A stretch of 55,033 nt of DNA from Candidatus Saccharimonadales bacterium (GTDB lineage Bacteria; Patescibacteriota; Saccharimonadia; Saccharimonadales; JACDBH01), in contig JBATRZ010000062.1 of NCBI GenBank assembly GCA_049292975.1, forward strand, positions 1 through 55,033, read 5' to 3'. A program made the translations under genes and the position numbers. This document shows, one piece after another, positions 40,943-50,700 of the stretch. Numbering within the stretch: the first letter of the stretch is position 1; every line of letters begins with the position of its first letter. Under the pieces are notes generated by a model. The model was given only the letters and a program-made list of their open reading frames with translations, was not told the DNA's origin and ran no database searches.

Positions 40943-41536
40943 TTAGATGGCTGGTGCCGGCGTAGCAGTAAAGGTAAGGTCAAACGAGTCAACACTAGCA
41001 GAACTGCCGGTAACAGCTGCCGGAACAATGTCAAACTCGACGCTATAATTGCCTTCTGTTGTCTCTTGTCCGGGTTGATTGTTCCCAGTTGCGCCTGCAT
41101 CCAAGGTGCCCGGCAGGTTAAAGTTGTTGTTCAGCAGGTCTTCGAAAGTACCGCTGTTAGTTGCGCCGCTGTTCAATTCGGTAAAGGTTACCTTCAAGTT
41201 ATTCCAACCAGAAAAGCCGGTTACGCCTGGGGCGATGATTACCCTTGCCGTAACCTTCTCGTTCAGTTCACTGGTATTTTGGAAGTAGAACAGCTGCGGA
41301 TCGGTGCCCTGCCCCGGCACTAAGTCGTCAATAGTAAATCCTGGCGCAGTCGTTTCAAATGAGTCGCCGTCCCACAGCAACAATGATGTATCTGCCGTAT
41401 CGATGGTATTGTTTGTGAGCGTTGCCGTACTGTTAAGCGCAGCAAAAGTGGCTCCAGTGGCTAGCGCCATTACCGCGCCAATTACGGCGATTGCCCGCGC
41501 CAGCGGATTAATTTTACGTATAACTTGCATGTTCAT
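40943..41536 (-). CDS. TasA/camelysin-like secreted protein with SipW-cognate signal peptide
   Basis: The signal peptide ...IAVIGAVMALATGATFAALNSTATLTNNTIDT is of the SipW-dependent class. ATG at 41536 is preceded by an AAGGAG Shine-Dalgarno sequence. Confidence 0.6.
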   Translation of the reverse strand: MNMQVIRKINPLARAIAVIGAVMALATGATFAALNSTATLTNNTIDTADTSLLLWDGDSFETTAPGFTIDDLVPGQGTDPQLFYFQNTSELNEKVTARVIIAPGVTGFSGWNNLKVTFTELNSGATNSGTFEDLLNNNFNLPGTLDAGATGNNQPGQETTEGNYSVEFDIVPAAVTGSSASVDSFDLTFTATPAPAI

Positions 41537-42002
41537 TGTCTCCTTAAATAACCGGTCCCTGGCGCCAATCGGCCTGTATCTGGGCCGCCCAAGATGCATT
41601 TGCGCTCAACGCACTCGGACTTGCTGCAGGGTCTTGTGTGGTTTAGCAATGGAAGCTGCTCCACAATGATTTCTTCTGCGAAAGTTATGTGCGGAGATGA
41701 TAGCCGGTTGTTTTGTCGACAAGACGTATCAAAATACGTCTTGGAGCAAAACGGTCGGCTAGCGCTCCGCACATAGCTTGCAGCTGAAAAGCATTGTGGG
41801 GTTAGCTTCCTTAGTTGCTCGCGCTCAAAAGCGCGCCTCCCTCCCCATACAATTCCTATCGCCCGCTAGTCTGGCGCCAAAGACCTGGAATATTAAATAA
41901 CGCACTTACCATTTAGACATAGGCCGGCGATTGATAAAGTAAGATTTCTCATAGAGTGCTTATGGTAGGGTCATAGTGTAACGGGTAAGAAATTGTCTAT
42001 GT

Positions 42003-42031
42003 TTGACAATTTTTGCTACTTATGTTATTAT
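42003..42031 (+). promoter_or_regulatory. Orphan near-consensus sigma-70 promoter with no downstream plus-strand CDS
   Basis: TTGACA, a 17-nt spacer, then TGtTATTAT (extended -10). The only downstream plus-strand ORF is low-complexity and implausible. Confidence 0.55.
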
Positions 42032-42193
42032 GTATTTGTTATGTCAAAAATACAAAAAGATTAGCCCTAGAAGTACCTGGACGGAATTAACACTAGTCTT
42101 GCCGGGCACGACTGCCAATACCGCGCACGGTACTATCCCGCATATTTGCGGCATAGTAAACTCTCTGTACGATAACCGCCGCGGCCAGCCCGC

Positions 42194-42754
42194 TTAAAAC
42201 CCGATTTTTTGTTCGGCGACAGACAGATATGCCTGTACGTCGTCTTGGTTGAATACAATAACGTCCGCTAGCTCTCTAACTCCTGTTAGATCCTGGACGT
42301 ACGGGTTGTCGTGCACGCTCAATTCTTCGGATTCTTCCGAGGTTTTGAATTCTTCAAAGGTCAGCTTATCTTCGTTAGAACGATGACGGGCTTTGATACG
42401 CTCGTACCGGAGCTCGGCCGGTGCATCAATAAAGACAATTTTGCCTCCGGCTTTTTTGATTGCTTCTACTTCACCCAGTGAGCGGACGCCGCTGATTACT
42501 ACGCCGTCATACTTATCCTTTTCTTCGTTGTATTTTTCTAATGAAAGTTCTGCCAAAACGCCTGGGCCGCGTTTGTCACGCAGCTCATTGGCGGTCTGTT
42601 TTAGGACTGGCCGCTCGATGCTGCCGTACTGGGCTTCGGCAACGGCGCGTACCATGTCGCTCGTACTCAAATGCATATAGTTCCGCGTTTGCACCAAATG
42701 GTGTGCCAGCGTATCCTTGCCGCTGGCAAATGTACCAGATAAGCCGATAATCAT
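42194..42754 (-). CDS. P-loop nucleotide kinase (dephospho-CoA-kinase-like)
   Basis: MIIGLSGTFASGKDT P-loop at the extreme N-terminus, in a 186-aa protein. Confidence 0.55.
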   Translation of the reverse strand: MIIGLSGTFASGKDTLAHHLVQTRNYMHLSTSDMVRAVAEAQYGSIERPVLKQTANELRDKRGPGVLAELSLEKYNEEKDKYDGVVISGVRSLGEVEAIKKAGGKIVFIDAPAELRYERIKARHRSNEDKLTFEEFKTSEESEELSVHDNPYVQDLTGVRELADVIVFNQDDVQAYLSVAEQKIGF

Positions 42755-42756
42755 GA

Positions 42757-43875
42757 TTATTTTATATAATCCAGGAGTTTCTTAGAATCTTTGTGCTTGC
42801 GGAGTTTGGCAAGTGCTTTGGCCTCGATCTGGCGGATGCGCTCGCGGGTGACGGAGAATTCCTGGCCGACCTCTTCTAGGGTGTGGCTCTTGCCGTCTTC
42901 CAGGCCGAAGCGGAGTTTTAGAATCTTCTGTTCGCGCTCAGTGAGGCTGCCCAGCAAATCTTTGACCTGTTCTTTAAGCAGCTGGCCGGCGGCGGATTCT
43001 TCTGGGCTAACAGTGTCTTCGTCTTCGATGAAATCACCCAGAACAGAATCTTCCTCGTCGTCGCGCACGGATGCATCAAGACTGGAAATATCCTGTTTGA
43101 TCTTCATGATGTGCTCAACCTTCTCAACATCTATCTCCATCTCGCGGGCGATTTCTTCATTGGTTGGCTCGCGGTTGAGATCCTGGGTCAGGCGGCGCTG
43201 GGTGCGCAGCAGCTTGTTGATGGTCTCGACCATGTGCACGGGGATACGGATGGTGCGGGCTTGGTCGGCTATGGCACGGGTAATAGCCTGGCGGATCCAC
43301 CAGGTGGCGTAGGTGGAGAACTTAAAACCCTTGTCTGGGTCGAACTTCTCGACGGCGCGCAGCAGGCCGGTGTTGCCCTCTTGGATAAGGTCCAGCAGGT
43401 CCAGGCCGCGGCCTACGTAACGCTTGGCGATACTGACAACCAGGCGCATGTTGGCCTCGGCCATCTCGTCTTTGGCGCGCTTTTCGCCAGCTACAACACG
43501 CTTGGCCAAAGCCAGCTCTTGCTCGGCGGTGAGCAGCGGAATCTTGCCGATTTCACGCAGATATAAGCGCACCGAGTCATCGGCGATGTCGTCCAGGTAG
43601 ACCTTGTCATCCAGGACGATTTCTTCACCGTCCTCACCCGTCCATTCATCGGTAAAATCTTCGGCCGAGGGCTCGGTAGCGGCAACTAGCTCGATGTTTT
43701 CCTCGCCCAGTTCGGTATACAGCTGGTCTAGTAAATCTACGTTCTCGGGCGTGTCGGCAATGGCAGCGAAGATATCGCGCTGATCCAGCTTGCCCTCTTT
43801 CTTACCCTTCTCAAGCAGCTTAACTTTGGCTTCTAATAGCGCGGCTGCGTCCTTGGCTGCTTTATCTTCTGGCAT
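42757..43875 (-). CDS. rpoD: RNA polymerase sigma factor RpoD (primary sigma-70)
   Basis: Region 2 ([54 protein letters not shown]) and region 4 ([24 protein letters not shown]). Confidence 0.95.
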   Translation of the reverse strand: MPEDKAAKDAAALLEAKVKLLEKGKKEGKLDQRDIFAAIADTPENVDLLDQLYTELGEENIELVAATEPSAEDFTDEWTGEDGEEIVLDDKVYLDDIADDSVRLYLREIGKIPLLTAEQELALAKRVVAGEKRAKDEMAEANMRLVVSIAKRYVGRGLDLLDLIQEGNTGLLRAVEKFDPDKGFKFSTYATWWIRQAITRAIADQARTIRIPVHMVETINKLLRTQRRLTQDLNREPTNEEIAREMEIDVEKVEHIMKIKQDISSLDASVRDDEEDSVLGDFIEDEDTVSPEESAAGQLLKEQVKDLLGSLTEREQKILKLRFGLEDGKSHTLEEVGQEFSVTRERIRQIEAKALAKLRKHKDSKKLLDYIK

Positions 43876-43884
43876 GTATTTCCT

Positions 43885-45666
43885 TTACTTACGTTTGACT
43901 TGTTTTAACAGGTCGTTCAAATCTTTGTCGGCGGTAAGCAGGCGGCGGGTTTCGTCGTCGCCGGCATCGGCAAGCCGCTCGTTTATAAGCTGTTTTTGAT
44001 GTTTTACGTAGTGCGCAACTAAGCGTTCTTGCAATCGAGTGACTTCCCAGTGGAGTTCTGTAATCTCGAGCGATCGATATAATTCATCGAATTGTAATGC
44101 AGTAATTTTTACATAATCGGCCATGGATTGCAACTGTTTAAAATTACTCCTTTGGGCAGATCCAGCGGGGGTGCCTTTAGTTGCGGCTCCAAAATCGGGG
44201 TTTGCCTTTAAAAACTCGAATAATTTTCGTGCCTGGACTTCTATAAACATGTCTGGGGTCAGTTGCGGCACTTCGTCTCTAAGACCCGGGTGCATAAGCA
44301 GCAATGACAGCAGGTGCTGCTCGGTCTTGCGCTGCTCAATCGTTTCCTTGCTCTCGTTTCCAGGGATTATCCTTGGAATTCTGAGGCGTTTGGATGATGG
44401 GGATGGTTGATACAGCTTGGCGCGCATCGCGTCTTTGCTGACGCCGATAGTTTTGGCCAGTTCCGATATGTAGTGGTCCTGTTCGACTTGGTCGGTGAGG
44501 CCGCGGATGATATTGAGCACGATATCGGTGAATTCGCGTTTGCCTTTGCCCGACTCAATGTCCAGCAGGTTCTTGTAGCGGTCAATCAGCCAGTCCACGG
44601 CGTATTGATGTTTGTCTATGGCCTGCTGCCAAAACATGGGGTCCTGACGGATGAGCTCATCGGGGTCTTTGCCGTCAGGGATAGTGATAATGCTTACATT
44701 GACGCCGATTTTCTGCGCCAGCGGGATGGCCCGCTCGGTGGCATTGATACCGGCACGGTCGGCATCAAACGCAAAGCGGATATCGCCCGCGTACCGGCTG
44801 AGGTCTTTAAGATGGAACTCTGTCAGGGCGGTACCGGCCGAGGCCACAACGTTCTTCACACCCGCCTGGTGGCTGGCCACAACATCCAGGTTGCCCTCTA
44901 CCACTACGCTGTAGCCGGCCTTGCGGATGGCATCTTTGGCCAGGTGCAGGCCGTAAACCTGGCGGCCTTTGTCATACAGCAAAGTGGCCGGCGTGTTGAT
45001 GTATTTGGGCGATTCTTTATCGTCGGTAAGGCTTCGGGCCGTAAAGCCTACCACCCTGCCCTGCGCATCTGATAGCGGCACCATTATCCGCCCGCGGAAC
45101 ATATCGCCCAGGCCGCGGTAACGCTTTGTTACAAGCCCTGCCCGGGTCATTTCTTCTTCTGTAAAGCCCTTCTTACCTAGGAATGTGTACAGGGCATCGC
45201 CCGTGTTGGGCGAGTAACCAAACCTGAATAAAAGCACGGTTTCTTTGCTAAATAACCGCTTGCCCAGCAGGTATTCCAACGCCGGTTTGGAGCTCTTTAG
45301 CTGGGTCTGATAAAACCGTGCCGCCAACTCAATAACTTCATACAAACGCTCCTTCACCTTGTGAGAGGACTGTCCTCTCACATTGAATTGCTCTAGGTCT
45401 ACACCGGCCTTGCGCGCCAGCAGCACCAGTGTTTCCTTAAAATCAAGGCCTTCGATCTCCTGGATAAAAGTGAACATGTCACCGCCCTTGCCCGAGCTGA
45501 AGTCGTGCCAAATCTGCTTCTCGGGACTAACCATGAAGCTTGGTGTCTTCTCGTTGCCGAAGGGGCTTAGGCCCTTCAGGTTGCGGCCGGAACGTTTTAA
45601 CTGGACATACTCGGAAATAACATCCTCTATAAGCAGCTTGGCTTTGACCTCTGACACCGCATCCAT
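43885..45666 (-). CDS. dnaG: DNA primase DnaG (zinc-ribbon ligands substituted)
   Basis: ...GLSPFGNEKTPSFMVSPEKQIWHDFSSGKGGDMFTF (zinc-binding-domain homology) and a TOPRIM domain (VVVEGNLDVVASHQAG...FDADRAG). Confidence 0.9.
   Translation of the reverse strand: MDAVSEVKAKLLIEDVISEYVQLKRSGRNLKGLSPFGNEKTPSFMVSPEKQIWHDFSSGKGGDMFTFIQEIEGLDFKETLVLLARKAGVDLEQFNVRGQSSHKVKERLYEVIELAARFYQTQLKSSKPALEYLLGKRLFSKETVLLFRFGYSPNTGDALYTFLGKKGFTEEEMTRAGLVTKRYRGLGDMFRGRIMVPLSDAQGRVVGFTARSLTDDKESPKYINTPATLLYDKGRQVYGLHLAKDAIRKAGYSVVVEGNLDVVASHQAGVKNVVASAGTALTEFHLKDLSRYAGDIRFAFDADRAGINATERAIPLAQKIGVNVSIITIPDGKDPDELIRQDPMFWQQAIDKHQYAVDWLIDRYKNLLDIESGKGKREFTDIVLNIIRGLTDQVEQDHYISELAKTIGVSKDAMRAKLYQPSPSSKRLRIPRIIPGNESKETIEQRKTEQHLLSLLLMHPGLRDEVPQLTPDMFIEVQARKLFEFLKANPDFGAATKGTPAGSAQRSNFKQLQSMADYVKITALQFDELYRSLEITELHWEVTRLQERLVAHYVKHQKQLINERLADAGDDETRRLLTADKDLNDLLKQVKRK
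45361..45381. repeat. 21-nt perfect palindrome GTGAGAGGAC-T-GTCCTCTCAC, in frame in dnaG
   Basis: Read directly from the sequence. Encodes VRGQSSH. Confidence 0.95.
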
Positions 45667-45672
45667 TCTATT

Positions 45673-45747
45673 AGGGTACAGGGTTTAGGGTTTGGGGTAC
45701 AGCGTAAGGGCTTTTACTAAGTCCCGCACCCTCGACCACTCACCCTG
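45673..45747. repeat. Intergenic G-word / C-word imperfect palindrome in the dnaG divergent promoter region
   Basis: AGGGTAC AGGGTTT AGGGTTT GGGGTAC AG ... CCCGCACCCTCGACCACTCACCCTG. It shares GGGGTACAG with 23317-23326. Confidence 0.7.
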
Positions 45748-45755
45748 TTTTTGGT

Positions 45756-46367
45756 ATGCTTATGGTAATGGAACCGATGAACCAAGTGCCGCAGCAAAAC
45801 CCGTACGATTTTATTACCAACCCAGGCCAGCCGGGCAAAAAGCCAGGGCTTGGGGGCAGTCCGGCAAAGACCCGCCTGATTATAGTGATTGCAGGCGCAG
45901 TCTTGTTAATCGTCATCATTTCTATCGTTGCTATGATACTATCCAACGCCGGCAAGCGTGACATACCTGGCCTGAAAAGCATCGCCGCCGAGCAGCAGGA
46001 GCTGATACGTATCGCCGAGCTCGGCAAGGACAGAACCACCGACGCAACTACTAGAACGCTTGCCTACAACACCAGCCTAAGCACCACTACGCAGCAGCAA
46101 AAGCTTATCGCCTACTTAGATACCCGCGGTACGAAGATGGACAAAATACAGCTGGGCATAAAAAAAGACGCCTCGCTGGAGGCCGAGTTGGAATCCGCTG
46201 CCGCCAACAACCGCTTTGATGAAGAGTTCGGTAAAGTCCTTAACGCTTCGCTGCTGGAATACAATGATAGTTTATCCAAGGCCTACAAATCCGCCGCCGG
46301 CCCCAAGAGCAAAGCCATATTAGAGGAAAGCTTTAATAACAGCGTTACCATCCTCGGTCTGAAATAG
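45756..46367 (+). CDS. Membrane-anchored hypothetical protein
   Basis: Pro/Gly-rich N-terminus, one TM helix (LIIVIAGAVLLIVIISIVAMIL), and a helical ectodomain. There are several alternative ATG starts between 45756 and 45777. Confidence 0.5.
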   Translation: MLMVMEPMNQVPQQNPYDFITNPGQPGKKPGLGGSPAKTRLIIVIAGAVLLIVIISIVAMILSNAGKRDIPGLKSIAAEQQELIRIAELGKDRTTDATTRTLAYNTSLSTTTQQQKLIAYLDTRGTKMDKIQLGIKKDASLEAELESAAANNRFDEEFGKVLNASLLEYNDSLSKAYKSAAGPKSKAILEESFNNSVTILGLK

Positions 46368-46405
46368 GGCAGGCGTCTCAAACCTGTAGGTTATAATTTA
46401 TTGGT

Positions 46406-47290
46406 ATGGCTTATTCATATTCGCCCGCCCCTAAGCCCAGGCGCCTGCGCCTTGTGCTCATCGTCTTGTTCGTACTGCTGGCCAGCGGCTTGGCCTACTG
46501 GTTTATCAATAGGAACCACAAGGCCGAAGCGCCCGATGACAGCCAGGCGCAGTCCCAGCAGGAGACCAACCAGCAGCCAAACTACACGGTTATTGACCTG
46601 CAGCCGGCCGTACAAGCCTGGGCCGATGCCCAAGCGGCAAGCTACCATATTGTCGTCTACGACCTGCAAGCCGGCCAGAACATCGCCGAGGTTAATCCCG
46701 ATGAAGTGCTGTTTGCTGCCAGCCTGTACAAGATTTATGTGGCCTACCTTGCCCTGCTGGATTTTCAGACCGGAGCCCAGAACCCGGACGATATCCTGGT
46801 CGCCGGCCAGACTATGCGCGAGTGCGTAGACAAGATGATACGAAGCTCGGATAGCCCCTGCGGCGAGGCTATGATGGCCGGTATGGGCCAGGCCTCTTTG
46901 AACCTGCGGGTGAAAAATTTAGGCATGAACGGCACGTTCTTCAATGGTATCCGTACCTCAGCAGCAGATTCTGCCCGTATTATCCGTCTCATTGCCGAAA
47001 AGAAAGATTTGAACGATGAAAACACCGCCTTCCTGCTGGATGCCATGCTCACCCAGGATGCCAAGTTCAAGCGCGGGCTAGCTACCGGCGCGCCGCAGGC
47101 CACTTGGCACACCAAAGTCGGCTGGAATGAAGACATAAACTACCACGACATCGGCCTTATGACTATGCCGGACGGCCGCAAGTTTGCCGTGGCTATCCTG
47201 GGCCAAGGCTCAGGCTCGTCAAAACCAATAGCCGACTTCGCATCAACAATTTACACTGCACTATTTAAGGACGACGTTATATATAACTAA
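46406..47290 (+). CDS. Class A beta-lactamase-like serine hydrolase
   Basis: N-terminal TM/signal segment, SxxK (SLYK), an SDS motif at the SDN position, and K-V-G at the KTG position. Confidence 0.65.
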   Translation: MAYSYSPAPKPRRLRLVLIVLFVLLASGLAYWFINRNHKAEAPDDSQAQSQQETNQQPNYTVIDLQPAVQAWADAQAASYHIVVYDLQAGQNIAEVNPDEVLFAASLYKIYVAYLALLDFQTGAQNPDDILVAGQTMRECVDKMIRSSDSPCGEAMMAGMGQASLNLRVKNLGMNGTFFNGIRTSAADSARIIRLIAEKKDLNDENTAFLLDAMLTQDAKFKRGLATGAPQATWHTKVGWNEDINYHDIGLMTMPDGRKFAVAILGQGSGSSKPIADFASTIYTALFKDDVIYN

Positions 47291-47330
47291 CAACCATTAA
47301 TTGTTCCTTATCTAAAGAACAGGAGCACGC

Positions 47331-47687
47331 TTAAGCAGTAGGTTGGTGGGCATCTGTACCCTCGGTGACGAGGATGTAGCTATGCAGAATCAGCGCTTGC
47401 ACCTCTTCCCAGGGCAGTTGGCCGGTTAAGAGCAGTGTGTTCCAGTGTTTTTTGTTCAGATGATAGCCTTCCATGACCGTCTCGTATTTTTCACGCAGCA
47501 GCTTAGCCAGCAGCGGATCGCACTTGAGGCTAAGGCGCACCGGCTGGCTGCCTTCGGCTACGAGTGCGAACATCTTGCCGCTGTCCGGCGGACCCACTTT
47601 ATAAACCGATACGTCCTGGCCAAAGGGATAATCCAGCCGCGCGTTGGGCATAGACAAGATATATTCCTCGACTGTCTTGTGATCCAT
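47331..47687 (-). CDS. MmcQ/YjbR-family protein
   Basis: ...YPFGQDVSVYKVG..KMFALV...LSLKCDP...YHLNKKHWNTLLL is the family signature. Confidence 0.8.
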   Translation of the reverse strand: MDHKTVEEYILSMPNARLDYPFGQDVSVYKVGPPDSGKMFALVAEGSQPVRLSLKCDPLLAKLLREKYETVMEGYHLNKKHWNTLLLTGQLPWEEVQALILHSYILVTEGTDAHQPTA

Positions 47688-47795
47688 TAATGCATATCAT
47701 ACAACAAAATACGTATTTACTCTTTGACAACCCTATAAAAAGCGTATACTTAAAGTATCAGGTAGAGAGCCGGAAAACTTTAGGAGGATAGAGAG

Positions 47796-50700
47796 ATGAA
47801 GTACCGCTATTATCAAAAGCGCCGCGGCAGCTTACGCCGCGCATTAACTAGTGTCAGCGCCAGCTTGGTGCTGCTGGTAAACAGCTTCAGCGTGGCCGTA
47901 CCATTTTTATTAGTGAAAGGCGCCGCGGCAGCACCTGCGGTAGTGGTTCATCCATCTAGCCTCAATGGCTGGTCGGCTACGACCACGACTGGTGGTACGG
48001 TAGACTTTGTTGCCGATGCTACCGCTCCGTCTGGTGATGGTGCACTTAAGCTTGTCACTATTAACGACAATGATTCACGCGCCCGCCTATCCACTACTGC
48101 CCCAGCTGGCACGCAAGTCTCTGCAATCACAGAGGCAAGCTACTGGTCCAAGGTAGACTCTGCCTCTAACGATGCTGGCTCGGTGTCTATGTACATTGGT
48201 ATAGATCTGGATGGAGATCTTGGCACCACCACGGACCGCACCGAATTGGTCCACGAGCCATACTGGCAGAATAGTGAAAGTCCCGACCCAGCACCTGTTG
48301 TTCACGGCACTTGGCAGCAATGGGATGTTGATCAGGGGATTTTCTGGTCAAGTGCGACTGTAGGCAGCTTTGTAGCTGGTGCCGGCGGTCCGCCTTTCTA
48401 TGACTTAACTGACGCGCCTTCAACGGCTGTTGTCCATGCAATCGGCGTTTATATTGGTTCCTACAATCCTGCCTACACCACTTACGCTGATGCCGTAACA
48501 TTCAACGGTACGGCCTATGACTTCGAGCCTAACCCTATCCCTGTCTGCGACACTACCATTTCCAGTTTTGATACGTTCAATAACGGTACCGTGAATGGCC
48601 AGCAGGGCTGGTCTTCTACCGGACCGTTCGACCAAGCAATTGTGAGTAATACTTACGGCCATGATAGCTTTGGCTGTAAATCACTGCGTATCTCAAATGC
48701 TGTAACCAGCGGCAGCTTTGGCGACCAGACTTTTTCTTACTCGGTAGCCAATGAAGCCGGCGATACCGATGCCCAAAACGGCGGCATGTCTGGTGGTACG
48801 CGCCAGAATCACTACGAGGCCCAGTTTGATATCACCCCAACTCAAGGTTCCCAGCAAACTGGCCTTAGTATGTCTGTATCACCTGATCGCGGCGATGGTG
48901 CCCGCATGAGCTACCTCCGCTTTGAAGACCAAGCCGATGGCATACACGTCTTCTTTGATGATGTAACAGGTACCACGCCTGAAACAATAAGTTTTGATGA
49001 GTATGAAATAGCTACACTTACCCGTGCTAATCCGCACAATGTGAAGTTTGTCATGGATTTCTATAATGGCGGCTCCAACGATGTTGTAAAGATCTACATA
49101 GATGGTGTACTTGAGCACACCGGCACAAGCTGGGAGAACTATTTCCGCTACGACACCGAGTCTAATCCAACCCTCGTAGACGAAAGCCGCACCGTAGATT
49201 CACTGCTTTTCCGTGTAGGCGGTACAGCTGCACCCGCAAATGCAGGCAAGGGCTTCTTGGTAGATAACGTGACCATCGCCACCAGCACCGTACTCCCCGC
49301 CATTCCAACCAATCTAAGCTGGACCCCAGATGGCGGCACGGCAATGGCCAGCGGCGGCACGACAAACGTACAGAAGGGCACCTTAAGCTGGCAAGATACT
49401 GATCCGGGCGTAGACCATTACAAGTACTACTTCTGGACAAATATTCCCGGCTATTTTGAAGGCCAGGCGAATGCTTGGTCTACTGAAGGTTCTGCCTACA
49501 TAACGCAGTCTCCGGGCGGCGGCTCTATCTGGACTGATTTTTACGACAAGGAAGGCACTTACTACTTCTGTGTCAAAGCTATTGACGCGGGCGGCAACAC
49601 ATCTGCCTGCAGTGATACCTTCTCGGTAACCTACGACAAGACCGCACCAGCCATGCCGGTGCACCAGTCGCCCGGCGACAACGCCGTCATCAATTACAAC
49701 GACTTCTGGTTTGAGTGGACAGACGCCGCTGGCGCAACCCGCTACGAAGTCCAGTACTCGCAGAATCCTGCCGTGAACGGTGCCGGCGCCTTCCAGAACG
49801 TGCAGTGGACGGGCGATTACCAAATGATTCAGCCAACTGATTCCCGGGCCCGTTCTGTTGGCGCTAACGGCACCTGGTATTGGCAGGTACGGGCAGTTGA
49901 TGCGGCCGGCAACACCAGCGCCTGGACCACCCCATGGAAAGTAACGATTGATGCGGATGTCCCAACCGTACCAACCGCCGTATTTACAGAAGACAACAGC
50001 GGCGATAACGTGCCTGACGGCGGCCTGACCAACTCGCAGTTCTTTACCTTCACTCTTGGTTCATCAAGCGATGTAACCCGCTACCAGCTAAAATACTGGA
50101 ATGATATTCCTGGCTCACCATACAAAGCAGGTAGTGAGTGGAATCCTAACGATCTCAGCGGCTACTCCCCCGTGCTTGGCACCTACAAGGACAACTTTAC
50201 CCAGGGCGACGGCGTGCACTACTTTGCCTTTAGTGCCTGCGATGCAGCCGGCAACTGCTCGGCCTACGGGGCGCCGTTTACCGTAACTTACGATGGTACT
50301 GCCCCCGCCGTACCTGCTCATGAGGCGCCTGCAGACGGCGCGGTCCGTACTACCGCCAACCAAACATCGGTAGAGTGGTCAGACGTTACCGATCCAAGCG
50401 GCGTGACCTACCGGTACGAATCTTCCCTGTCATCCGCTACCAACCCAGGCGGTTCATTTACCTCACCCGCCTATGTATCCGGCCCGCTTGCCAGCTCGGC
50501 AATCCCAACGCCAGGTACGCCCGAGGGTACATATTACTGGCATGTTAAGGCCGTAGACGGTGCCGGCAATGACAGCGCCTGGAGCACGTCTTGGAGAATC
50601 GTAGTAGACAACACGGCACCGGTCCTGACCATAAACCCGCTGGGTGATTCCGAGGACGCAACGCCAACCATCACCGGCACCACAAACGAGCCTACCCTGC

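Noticed and set aside
41533-42197. ORFs 41533..41772, 41594..41776 and 42003..42197 in the long spacer
   Set aside because: They are short, have no ribosome-binding site and have implausible composition. The last one starts inside the promoter hexamers.
45680-45697. GGGTTTAGGGTTTGGGG, identical to plant-type telomere repeats (TTTAGGG)n
   Set aside because: Only about 2.5 units are present, embedded in a bacterial divergent promoter region. It is part of the local heptamer-word module, not a telomere or contamination.
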